Positions 1 to 18,550 of a stretch of 64,000 nt of DNA are shown piece after piece. Origin of the DNA: Heptranchias perlo (lineage: Eukaryota); the NCBI RefSeq assembly GCF_035084215.1, contig NC_090364.1:4402001-4466000 (forward strand). Direction: 5' to 3'. How positions within the stretch are numbered: the first letter of the stretch is position 1; each line of letters opens with the position of its first letter. Under the pieces are notes generated by a model. That model did not search any database and was not told the DNA's origin. It saw nothing but the letters and a program-made list of their open reading frames with translations. The translations under genes were made by a program, and so were the position numbers.

Positions 1-376
1 TAGTAATGAAGCTTTCTTCACTGTTCCTAGATCTCTATTACACTAAATGATTGTCCAGTGTAAAACTACTGGGAAATGGAGTAATTGTCCCTTATTCCTC
101 CACTAATTTTAGATTAGAATGGAGAGTAAATGGGGTACCACTGGCTCAGAAGTGAAGTTTGAGTTGAGATGAAATGTAATCCCTGACCTTAATTGCTACT
201 TTTCTCTGATCCATTCATTATCCTATTGGGGAGGGGGCAGCTATTGACCATGTTGTGAAGTAAATTGAATTTTAGTAGTAAACAAATGCTATCTAATTTC
301 TAAAACTTTGAGCACGAATTGTATGTAGGTGAGATCTAGGTCTGACATGATGCTGTTTTCAATATTCTCTCCTCAG

Positions 377-1878
<1,502 letters not shown>

Positions 1879-3499
1879 CTGGACTGTTGTCCATGTTGCA
1901 GATATTCAACTTGTGTATTGAAGTGTTATGTTGTCATCTCTCTGAACTGGGAATGGAATTCCAAGTCTAAGATTAACTTCCAAACATTGTAGTTGAGTGT
2001 TCTTGCAGCTGAAATAAAACATTTTGATGTTGAACTGGTTCCTTTTTTTCTTCTCAGTAACTGAGCACATTGTAACACCAATGCTTATGGCCTTGTGTCA
2101 AATAACCTATTTTCTTACCAGAAACTTTTTTTTGTCACCTTGATAAAATCTGATTTGTTTGGGCGCATGGGTGTTTTAACCCCTTCCCCTCCAACAGGCT
2201 TAATTGGGTTTTGTAGCAGTCTCGGATGGCCATAGCGACAAGTCAAATTTTGGCCTTCAACAGCTTTTATTATTTATCCTTCTGTAGAAGAGACTGGAGT
2301 GTAATCTGATTACAGTAAGACCTCTTGCTCCACACCTTCCCTGTATGCTTGAATCCCTTTTGGTGTGTGTTTTTTTTATTTGTTTGTTAGATGTGGGTGT
2401 TGCTGGTGATTACAGTAGTCAACCTTCTGAATAAACAACCCCACTAATTATGGCTGACCCTTCCATTGTAGCACATGAGGAAAGTGTTCCCTGTAGCATG
2501 AATTCAAATTTAAGTATTTACAATAATCCTAGAGCAAAATAAGAAATCTCCAGTTTTTCCTTCTATGGTGACCTGGCTCTATCTTCCATTTTCAGCTCAT
2601 ACTATTTTGTTTCAATCTCCTTTCCCAGCCTCTCTCTGCTCACTTCACCCACCTCTTACAGCCTGGACCCCACAGCCTCCAAAATACTTCCATTTGCTAC
2701 TGCAGATCTGGGCCCTCCTCCAGGTCTCCCTTGCTGAATTCTGCTGTTTTATTAAACAGTTCTTGCCCCATTCCCCTCTCGCTCCTTGTGTGTATGGTCT
2801 TCATGTAATCCTATTTGGCTTAGAACCAAATGACACTAGATCCCAATTGCTAAAGCTGCCACTTAGAAATCTATTAGAGAACAGAGCCAGCTAATTATAG
2901 GATAAACCAGCAACTACTTGGTCTGTTTAACGCTTTATCTGAATTTGCACTCGTGATGTTCAGGTTATTCTCACACAGGGACCACAATCAGATCAGTCCA
3001 TCAACCCCACTTTTCGTTGCTTCATCTTTCCTTCACGAGGTTCCACCTTTGACATGTTTTTTTTTTAGCCTGTTTCTTGTTGATCCGACCGTATTCTGAT
3101 GTGATGTGATCTGGAACACGCTATCCACTGAGCCCCATCCTTCCCTGACCGCATTTAGGGAAATATCAGTAACTCCCCTTTCTAATGAGAAAATTCACCA
3201 CTCGACTCTTTCCACTTGGTGTTTGACTGTCCAAAAAGTACAAGAGATTAATCATTGAAACAAGGGGTTACCAAACCCAGGAAATACCAGATAGTCTGTT
3301 CACCACTGTCCAAACAACCAACGCGACCCACAGTGTTTGCTTCTAACCGCAATCCCTCCCAACACCAAATCCCCACCACCCCCCCCAATCCCTTGCACTT
3401 CACTCAGACATTCTGCCCTTTGACCTCTGGCGGATAGACCAGACTTATAACAGCTCTTGTAAATTACATGGAATGTATTAGGCCATTCAGGGGTGAGGC

Positions 3500-3600
3500 A
3501 AAGGAAATACGAAGGGATCTGGATAGGTGGGGAAGGTGGGCAGCTGAGTGGAAAATAACATTTAATGTGGGAAGATTCAAGGGACTGAGACTGGGGAATA
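3500..3600 (+). mobile_element. Decayed CR1-type LINE RT fragment
   Basis: From 3516 translates to DLDRWGRWAAEWKITFNVGRFKGLRLG, matching the CR1 ORF2 motif DLDRLxxWAxxWxMxFNxxKC. Confidence 0.6.
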
Positions 3601-4210
3601 TGGACTGTCCAGTCCGCAGTGGGAATATAATCTAAATGGCTCGAGGCCACGAGCCACCAACAGGGGAGATGAGTCTGGGGATACTGGAGGAAGATAACGT
3701 GGGGAATGTACAGATGACTGAGATAAATATTTGACAGTGGCTGACTTGGAGCTTTCAGTTTTAGGGATCAGTCAATGGTCCACAGTCTCTTCCCCGTGCA
3801 CTGCTCTGCAATTTATTACCTGTAAAATTTAATGATGACAAAACAAGAACTCAACATGCCGTGGTCCCCTTCACTTTCCAGCCGATGTGTGTACAGATGC
3901 TCACTGACCCTAGAATTGATGGAGTATCGAAGGACTTGTGTTTGACACATTCATCACACCCACTTTCCATTCGCCTGACTCGCTGTTGGTTGCTGTTCAC
4001 AGGCTCTGATCTGTTTGGATGTTGTCTCAAACCCGCAGCTACCTGCCAAATAATCAACTCACGGACCCATCCAGAATTATTCAAAGACACTGACCCGCAA
4101 ACAACAATTAAACCTGTGGTTCTGGATCTTTGAACCGTCACTATCAGTGACCATAACCGATGGGATGGGGCAGATCCACCAATTGACAATTTGGTCCATT
4201 ATGGTCAAGT

Positions 4211-4333
4211 GCCCGGGTGGCCCTGGAGAGGGAGCTTGTGGTGTCCACCGTTACGCTTGATGCCTTCCGCGACCGGTGGGCACCGCAGGGTATAGACTGT
4301 CTTGTGGACATCAATAATAGAATCCTGATTTAA
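4211..4333 (+). mobile_element. Tx1-like element 3' relic (ORF2 C-terminus)
   Basis: GCCCGGGTGGCCCTGGAGAGGGAG...CGCGACCGGTGGGCACCGCAGGG encodes ARVALERE..FRDRWAPQG..NNRILI*, homologous to the ORF2 end at 52305-52430. Confidence 0.8.
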
Positions 4334-4580
4334 TTGGGAAAGTATCCTGTTGTTTTTCGTGGCACTTGATGCTTATTTTGGTATCTTTTCAGTTTGATTG
4401 GACCATCCAATATTAGTGGTGCCCTGAGAGGGCCACTTGTGATGGTTTATGTTTGGTGACCCTGGGGCAACCCAGAGTCTCCCTTATTGGTCCATCAAAG
4501 AAAGGTCAATTATGGTCAATAATATGGTCACTATCAGATTTTCATTCTCTGAGGAGTGTGGGATGGAAGAGCAGCCATGG

Positions 4581-4757
4581 TTTTTTTTCCCTTTCCTTTT
4601 TATGTGTTTTAGGCCCCCCTTTTATAAGAAGGGGAGGGGGGTTTGGTTGTGTTTATGTGCAGTAAATCAATAAACCCCAAATAAGTGTCAAATTATAATG
4701 TTATTACATCGATCCAGGATGCACTCCAGTCCCTGCGGTGCCCACCGGTCACGGAAA
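4581..4757 (-). mobile_element. 5'-truncated Tx1-like element 3' end with T-rich tail
   Basis: T-rich run + AGGCCCCCCTTTTATAAGAAGGGG ... CCAGGATGCACTCCAGTCCCTGCGGTGCCCACCGGTCACGGAAA closely matches 52229-52375. Confidence 0.85.
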
Positions 4758-4829
4758 CAGATTTTACAGTTTGAGGAAAGTCAGAGCAATTGGATCTTTA
4801 TTGAATTGTCAGCCAATGATGCTCCTCCT

Positions 4830-4978
4830 TCAAAGTTCTGACTGGCTCTGGGTGTCATCTCCCCTCCTCCCTTTTCTTGATTGCTGTTCTGAGAGAGGAT
4901 GTAATTTCTGATTGGGTATTGCCAACTGTCACTCATCATCTAGGCTGCCACGCCCCGGATTAACCAGCAGTATAAATA
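4830..4978 (+). promoter_or_regulatory. Divergent ferritin promoter of copy 2 (CCAAT-like boxes, TATAAATA 4971-4978)
   Basis: CTGATTGG and TATAAATA ~80 bp before ATG 5053. Only weakly similar to the other promoters. Confidence 0.65.
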
Positions 4979-5052
4979 TGGAGCTTTGGGTGCCTGTTTT
5001 TCAGTTTCTTGCTTCAACAGAGTTGTTTAGTTTTGTTAAAGTTAATTTAAAG

Positions 5053-8275
<3,223 letters not shown>

Positions 8276-9614
8276 ACTGACTGCAGGGATAAAGCTCATT
8301 GTTTAGTACTCTTGTTTATATAGTAAAGAACCCCTAGCCTGTAGCAATGGTGACTTTGTACAAAGAGCTGTGACACCTTGGCTCTTGATGTGAAATGTAA
8401 TAGTAACTGGAAATAAACTGTTACAGAAGACTGGGTTTTGGCTCCTTGTAAATTGAGTGATTGCTTATTTTTCAGATTAACATAATTCAGTTCTTGTAAC
8501 AAACTACATTGAGATGTGTATTGGCTTAATGGTGAGATTCTGCCCTATGAAATTTTTTCTTCTGGGGTCATATCAATGTTGTGATTTGGGTGTTCAGGGC
8601 CACTATCTATCTTGAGTGTAAATTGTATTTATGCATTTTGATGATTACTGCTGATTTCAATGCAAAGAACAATACAGTAACCAAGTTACTGTTCCTACTG
8701 GTGCTGCATATTATCAACTGTTTAACTCATCAATGGTGCAAAATCAGCTGCTGTAACATTTTGTTCTATTAAAACACAAGGAAAGTGAACTAGTAATTTC
8801 AGTCCAATGGGCAGTCTGATTTAAGAATAGTATCGAACTGGGGAAGAACAATCCAGCTGCTTTTTTTCAAAGATGCTACAGACCTCAGTAGGTAGTTGGG
8901 GTAGCTTATGAAATCACTTACTAATGCTCCCAATAGACTGTTAGTTTGTAGTCAAATAGGTCTCATATGGGGGAGTGTCGGTTCCCTTTTTGTCTTCTGC
9001 CCCCAAGCCCCTACTAATCTCCCCCACGATTAATAAATTGGGTAAGGTACTAAAAGAATACCTCGAACTAAACTCCAGCAAAAAAAAATCTTCCTTCTGG
9101 GAGATGTAGTAAATGCACTAAACAACTAAGTTGAACCATTAAGTTGAATAGATAAGGCTCCTGAACTCTTCCATACCACTACTGTTCCATCAATTCATTA
9201 ACCCGATACAAGCAGCTCATCCATAAATGTATCAATTTGTATTTATCCCATTGTGCAGTTAATACCAGATTACAATTCTAAATTCTACTGGAGCATCATT
9301 TCATTTAAACCAAGTTAAATAAATATTTTGCCTGAAACTCCACATCTCAATTCATAAACACAATCAACTCTTCCATCAATGTGTCGATTTGCCTATAGTC
9401 CTATTCTGTGTTCCATACCAAATTGTAATCATCCTTTCCAAATCCTATGGGTTCTCCATTCATCTCCTTCACCCCTATGAATGGTTTCAAATGTTGATGC
9501 TGCAGCTGTAATTATCCAGTGTTCACAAGTGAAATTTAGGAACTTAGTTATGACCTGCACTGGGTGTGATGGAATTGCCGTCTTCAGTCAGTCCATGTTA
9601 ATGTCTTTATATTT

Positions 9615-9945
9615 ATAGAGTAAATAAGGGGAAACTGTTTCCAGTGGCAGACTGGTTAGTAACCAGCAAACACAGATTTAAGGTGATTGGTAAAAGAACC
9701 AGAGATGACATGAAACTTTTTTTTTAATGTTCTGATCTGGAATGCATTGCCTCATTGGGTGGTGGAAGCAGATTTAATAACTTTCAAAAGAAAATTGGAT
9801 AAAAACTTGAAAGGAAAAAAAAATTGCAGGGCTATGGGGAAAGAGCAGGGGAGTGGGACGAATTGGATAGTTCTTTTAAAGAGCCAGTACAGGCACGATG
9901 GGCTGAATGGCCTCCCTCTGTGCTGTAATATTAGGATACTATGAT
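9615..9945 (+). mobile_element. CR1-type LINE 3' fragment
   Basis: GTAAATAAGGGGAAACTGTTTCC...GATGGGCTGAATGGCCTCCCTCTGTGCTGT. Peptide VVEADLITFKRKLDK is typical of CR1. Absent at the homologous position in other units. Confidence 0.75.
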
Positions 9946-10062
9946 CTTTAAAGGCACTTTTGGGGTATCAATGTCACCACATTTCATACGTCGTTGAGCC
10001 ACAATTTTACGAGTCAGTGTGGATTATCTGATAGCTTTGACTGCTGCATAGTTTGAACCTTT

Positions 10063-10426
10063 GAGGTGTAGTCACTGTTGTAATGTAAGAAATGCAGCAG
10101 TCAATTTCCCAACATCAAGGACCCAAAAACAGCAATGAAATATTGACCTGATAATCTGTTTTAGTGATGTTAGTTGAGGGATAAATATTGGTCCAGACAT
10201 TGGGGAGAACTCCCCTGCTCTTCCTCGAAATAGTGCTGTGGGATCTTTCACGTCCACCTAAGAGAGCAGATGAGGCCTCGATTTAATATCACATCCAAAA
10301 GACAGCACCTCCGACAGTATAGCACTCCCTTAGTCAGCCTGGATTATGTGCTCAAGTCTCTAGATGATCACTTGAACCCATAACCTTCTGACTCTGAGGT
10401 GAGAGTGCTGCCACTGAGCCACAGCT
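10063..10426 (-). mobile_element. tRNA-derived DeuSINE-like SINE (SacSINE1-like); paralogues at ~20210-20547, 25760-26103, 31275-31623, 40232-40578, 45420-45813, 50870-51261
   Basis: Minus strand: A box TGGCTCAGTGG, B box GGTTCAAGT, then Deu-domain-like GGAGGTGCTGTCTTT..GAT..TTAAA.CGAGGCC and GATCCCA..GCACTATTT..GAAGAGCAGGGGAGTTCTCCCC. Same position in seven units, so inherited by duplication. Confidence 0.7.
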
Positions 10427-10888
10427 GACACAAATGGTGATGTTTGTGTGGGTGACATTGCATTCAGTAATCTTCACTCCCTCTCATTCTTGCTGAATAT
10501 CCTGAATTTTACCAAACAACATTTCATGAGAATCAAAACTAAAAATGACACATCCCACAATGCTTTGCCCAGTTGATGCCCCCATGCTGCCAATCCTCAG
10601 ACACACCCATTCTCTATATTAGAACTGGGGACGATTCCCACCATCCATGGGATGGAATTTCCATTTCTCTGACCAATGGATGGTTTGCAAATTCACTCAA
10701 GACTACTTGATTGCTTTGAATATTGTCTCAGTGTCACAATTACCAGCAAGTAATGAACTTGACCAGATTATGAAAAGCCACTTCAGTGAAAATAGCAAAT
10801 TATTATCAAATAATTCAAAGTTATGATTCCAAGGGATTTAAACAAAGAGACACTTTCAGATTTGAGGGAGATCAAAGAGCCCAAAAGC

Positions 10889-11097
10889 AGTGACATCACC
10901 GAGACTCATCACCCAAACCGGCCTGTCTTCCAAAGCTCTGATTGGCTCTGGGTATCAACCCCTCCCCCACATTGCCTCTCCTTTTTTAATTGGTGCTTGG
11001 ATTCATAGACGATTCCTGAGTGGCTATCGGGGATTGTCAATCATCATTGGTGATGTCATTTGTCGTTTCAATGCAGGCTGTCCCAGTAGTATAAATA
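10889..11097 (+). promoter_or_regulatory. Conserved ferritin proximal promoter (copy 3); equivalents end at TATA 16375, 21561, 27117, 32275, 37034, 41586, 46449
   Basis: GTGACATCACC (CRE/ATF-like), several ATTGG/CCAAT boxes, GGTGATGTCAT and TATAAATA ~80 bp upstream of each ATG. Conserved across units. Confidence 0.8.
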
Positions 11098-11166
11098 CAA
11101 GAGCTTGTGAGGGTTAAGGGTAGTTTTAGAGCAACAGTGAAAAGTATTGATAGAGGAATAGTGAAG

Positions 11167-13895
<2,729 letters not shown>

Positions 13896-15429
13896 ACTGC
13901 TGCAGGGATAAAGATTGTTCATGCTCCTGTTTATATAATGTGTGTGAGACCCCCATCCTGTAGAAGTGATTACTTTTTTGATTTGCACAAAGCTGAGACC
14001 TGGGCTCTTGATTTGAAATGTAATAGTAACTGTCACTAACTGGAAATAAACTGTTCAACATTGAACTGGATTTTGTTGTCTCAAATTGAGTGGTTGCTGA
14101 TTTTTCACTAACCTAATTTAGTTTACATCTAACAATTACATTGGGCAGTGTAAGTGCTTCATTGTAAGGTTCAGTCTATTGTCAATTTAACCCCCATTCC
14201 AGTTTATTGACTTGGATGTTCAGGATCACATGTTGAAGATCTAATTTCAATTCTGTGTTTACCTTGAATGTTCATAGCACATTCCAATCTTTGCTGGTTT
14301 TAATACAAGTTACTGTTGCCACTGAATATTCTTTTTCCAAAATGGCATTTTCCTTTTTAAACATCCCCACCCCAGGACAAGATATCAGCTACTGTAACAT
14401 TGTGTTAAAATATCAGGATAATGAGCTAATGTTAAACCAGATCAGTCCACTGAACAATCCCATTTTAAACTAGACTTTTGCCCTGCGATAAGAAGTCCAG
14501 GTATTAAATTGAGTTGCTACAGATCTCATTTAGTTATTGCTGTGGGATACACTGGAGGTAGCTCATGGAACCAAACTCATCATTGCTGCTCTGGGCTTTC
14601 TAGTAAATTTAGTGGTCAAACAAGTACAGACCAGTAATGTGAACTCAGAGTACTTGGGGGAGGGAGGAAATGAACATTGGCACATTTGCTTAGTATCCAC
14701 TGGCTTCTTAGGGGACAGTATAGATTTGGTGGGGGAGAAGTTACGGTTTGATTAAGAATTTTTTTTGCCCCATGTGTGCACCCACCGTCCAGGTAAAGAA
14801 TCTGCAACACTCACTGTTGATCTCATGAGAAGCAATTGAGTAATGTCCTCAAGGGAGAGTAATATCTGTGCAACTGAACTCCTTCAGGAAGGAGTAAATA
14901 CATTCAATTAAATAAAAAAGCAAATTTAAACAAAGCTAAATAGATATTTCTCCTGCAAAACCCTTCCACAACCCTGTTCCATCAAATTATAAACCAATAC
15001 AATCAGCTCCTCCCTAAAATGTATCAATTTGTATTTAGTCCGATTGTGCATTTCATACCAAATAGTAATCATCCTTTCCAAATCCTATTGGTTCTCCATT
15101 TGTTTCCTTCACCCCTATAAATGGATCAAATGTTGATGCTGCAGCTGTAATTATCCAGTGTTTACAAGTCAAGTTTAGGAACTTAGTTGTGAACTGCACT
15201 GGGTGTGATGGAATTGCAGTCCTCAGTCATTCCATGTTAATGTCTGCAAATTCACTCCAGATGATTTGATTGCATTGAATATTGTCTCAGTGTCACAATT
15301 ACTTACAAGTAATAAACTTGGCCAGATTATGAAAAGCCACTTCAGTGGAAATATCAAATAGTTCAAAGTTGTGATTGAGCGATTGATACAAAGAGGCACT
15401 TTGACAGAGGTCAAAGAACTCAAAAAGCA

Positions 15430-15728
15430 CCAAAGGTGACCGTCCACAGGTCCAGGCTGGACGCGGCCTGTGGGGTGGTCGCTCCGACTCGGATTCGTGG
15501 CATTCTCTGCACCCGGGTGGCCCTGGAGAGGGAGCACGCGGTGTCTGCCGTTATGCTTGAGGCTTTCTGCGACCGGTGGGCACTGCAGGGATTGGAGTGC
15601 ATCCTGGAACAATATAATAAAATTATTTGACTCTTATTTTTAGTTTAATGATTTGCTGCAAATAAAAACACTCCCTAACCACCTCTTCTTATCAAAGGGG
15701 GGTGAAAAACAAAGGAAAAAAAAGAAAA
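15430..15728 (+). mobile_element. Tx1-like 3' relic upstream of copy 4
   Basis: KVTVHRSRLD..RVALEREHAVSA..LEAF.DRWA.QGLECIL, then 3'UTR CTTCTTATCAAAGGGGGG and an A-rich tail. Confidence 0.85.
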
Positions 15729-15990
15729 CTAGATGAACCTCACTTATAAAAAGTCAACCTGGAGAAAAAAAAACTTTCAATCCTATTCGTGTTTGGACAA
15801 TTAGCTCCAAACGGGAAAATTTATCTGGAGTTTGGAGCCCGTGTGGAGATTCGAGTGATCCATGGCCACAGAGCACCGAGGGAATGATTGGTCCGTCAAC
15901 CAGCCGGCACCAGTACCTCAGGCCAGTCCCACCGTCCCTTCAGAGCTCACTGATCTGCACAAAGAAAAAGTGCCCCATCTTAGAGTTATT

Positions 15991-16146
15991 TTCTTTGGGT
16001 TTTTTTCTATTTTTTTTGTGATTTTAGGACGCCCTTCTATGAGAAGGTGGGGGTTTTAGGGTGTGTTTATGTGTGAAAATCCCAAAGCAAAACCAAAACA
16101 AGTTCAAATTATAATTTTATTATTCTTGTCCAGGATGCACTCCAGT
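15991..16146 (-). mobile_element. Short 5'-truncated Tx1-like 3' end with probable 9-bp TSD
   Basis: T-rich tail...TTCAAATTATAATTTTATTATTCTTGTCCAGGATGCACTCCAG, flanked by AGAGTTATT (15982-15990) and AGAATTATT (16147-16155). Confidence 0.75.
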
Positions 16147-17344
16147 AGAATTATTGTAGTGAAAAAAAAGCAGTGATATCACCGAGACCAATCACCCAAA
16201 CCGGCCTGTATTCCAAAGCTCTGATTGGCTCGGGGTATCAATCCCTCCTCCACAATGCTCTTCTCCTTTGTTAATTGGTGCTTGGATTCATGGACGATTC
16301 CTGAGTGGTTATCGAGGATTGTCAATCATCATTGGTGATGTCATTCCTTGCTTCAATGCAGGCTGTCCCAGTAGTATAAATACAAGAGCTTGGGATAAAA
16401 GAGGTTAGTTGAAGAACGGTTTAGATGATTGTGAAAACATAGGATATAGTAAAGATGGCTTCCCAAGTGTGTCAGAACTACCACAAGGAGTGTAAGGATG
16501 GTGTTAACAAACAGATCAATATGGAGCTCTATTCCTCCTATGTTTACCTCTCCATGGTGAGTCTTGTGTTAATTGTCACTGTTTTGTAAGTAGTTAGAAT
16601 CTCTGTCGTTGAACAAACTGGCTTTAAAAATCTTTTTCTCTTGGCTTTGTTCCACTTCCCTGGGAAGAAAAATCTTGGGGCAGTGAGCATTTCTGGTGTG
16701 CAATACAAGGTGATCTTGTTGAGTTAATGGGCTGCACTCGATTGAGGGGTTTAATATATGAACCTGGCTCGGCTGCTGCCTGAGTTTGAAAGAGAAGAGC
16801 AGAAACCTGGTCAAGTGCTTGTCAACATTTGACAACTTTCAGTTTCAATGGGGTGATTGTCGCCAGTGAAATGTTGACAGGTCCTCACTAGTTTTCTTGC
16901 CTTGAGAATCCTAGTGATGAAGCCTTCATTGTTCCTAGATCTCGATTACACTAAATTGCAGAGTGTAAAATTACTGGAATGAAAGAATTTTCTCTTGTCC
17001 TCCATCAATTTTAGATTAGAATGGAGAGCAGAAGGAGGTACAACTTGCTCAGAGTTGACTCTCTCTCTTGATGTGAAATGTAATCTCAAACACACTTTTT
17101 GCTGCTTGACTCTTTTCATCCTGTCTTTTATTGGGAAGGGCAGCTAGCCAAACATAGTGAAGTAAATTAAATGTTGCTCGTTATCATGGTAATTATTTTT
17201 GAAAGCAATTAATATCTTGAGGAAACAGTAATGAAAAATTTGGAATTGTGTATTGTAATCCAGGTCTAGCATGATATATTTAAAATTCTCTCCACAGTCC
17301 TATTACTTTGACCGGGATGATGTTGCCCTGTGTCACTTTGCTGA

Positions 17345-17559
17345 TGTGGCGATGCCGGTGATGGACTGGGGTTGACAATTGTAAACAATTTTACAACACC
17401 AAGTTATAGTCCAGCAATTTTATTTTAAATTCACAAGCTTTCGGAGGCTACCTCCTTCCTCATTTTCCACATCGTTCACCTGAGGAAGGAGGTAGCCTCC
17501 GAAAGCTTGTGAATTTAAAATAAAATTGCTGGACTATAACTTGGTGTTGTAAAATTGTT
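17345..17559. mobile_element. Penelope-like element inverted (tail-to-tail) fragment
   Basis: 79-bp perfect inverted repeat (17384-17462 / 17481-17559). Direct repeat CACTTTGCTGA at 17334-17344 and 17560-17570. Contains a hammerhead motif. Confidence 0.8.
17475..17513 (+). ncRNA. Minimal type I hammerhead ribozyme motif
   Basis: TTCAC-CTGAGGA-A-GGAGG-TAG-CCTCC-GAAA-GC-TT-GTGAA: stem I TTCAC/GTGAA, CUGANGA core, stem II, GAAA, palindromic AAGCTT in place of stem III. Confidence 0.75.
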
Positions 17560-18373
17560 CACTTTGCTGAGTTCTTCAAGGAGCAGTCACATGAGGAACG
17601 GGAGCACGCTGAGAAGCTGCTGAAATTCCAGAATCAGCGTGGAGGCCGAATCATCTTGGAGGACATCAAGGTTTGATTTAAAAATGAGTGGTCTTCGATG
17701 TGGCTCCCCTTGGACTGACTATTTCAAATACTTTCTATAGCAATTAGTTCCAATTTAACTCCAGTGGCTTAATTCAGTCATTCTATATTGTGACATTGGT
17801 TGATGGTAACATGGACATCTGCTTTGCTGTTTGAACTCTTCTTTTCCTTCAAAACTTTCTCATGTATTTTGTTTAATCTATTGAGTGATCTGGGTGAGAT
17901 TTGATTCCCATTTCAGAAGCCAGAGCAGGATGAGTGGAGCAATGGTCTGGAGGCGATGCAGAGAGCTCTGCAAATGGAGAAGGATGTGAACCAGAGTCTG
18001 CTGGATCTGCACAAACTGTCCACTGAGAGGACAGACCCTCATGTAAGTTCCTAATGCTTTCAATGAGAGCCTTTTGGGTAAGTTGAAGGTGGAGTGTTAT
18101 TTCTTGAGATTAAGATCTTCATACTCTAACTTTGTGTGGGGATGTCTATCTTGGATTTTATTTTGAGTGAGATAGGGAGGTTGTCCTGCTGTGGACATTG
18201 AGAAGTAAGTGTCCCAGTGACTTGAGGATCTATGCACCTGTCGTACAGTAAGTTTACTCTAATAATGCAGTAATTCCATCAGTCTGAAGTGTACCACTTG
18301 ACTATCCTCCAGTCGGAGAGGATTAAAATCCAAACTCTAGGGGAGGTTCCTTGATATCTGCTGCTGGACATAA

Positions 18374-18550
<177 letters not shown>

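Noticed and set aside
11130-11145. CAGTGA in the copy 3 leader as a functional IRE
   Set aside because: The flanks cannot form the 5-bp upper stem.
17384-17559. MITE or terminator interpretation of the inverted repeat
   Set aside because: The repeat is not terminal on the left (39 extra bp), and the hammerhead core fits a Penelope inverted pLTR better.
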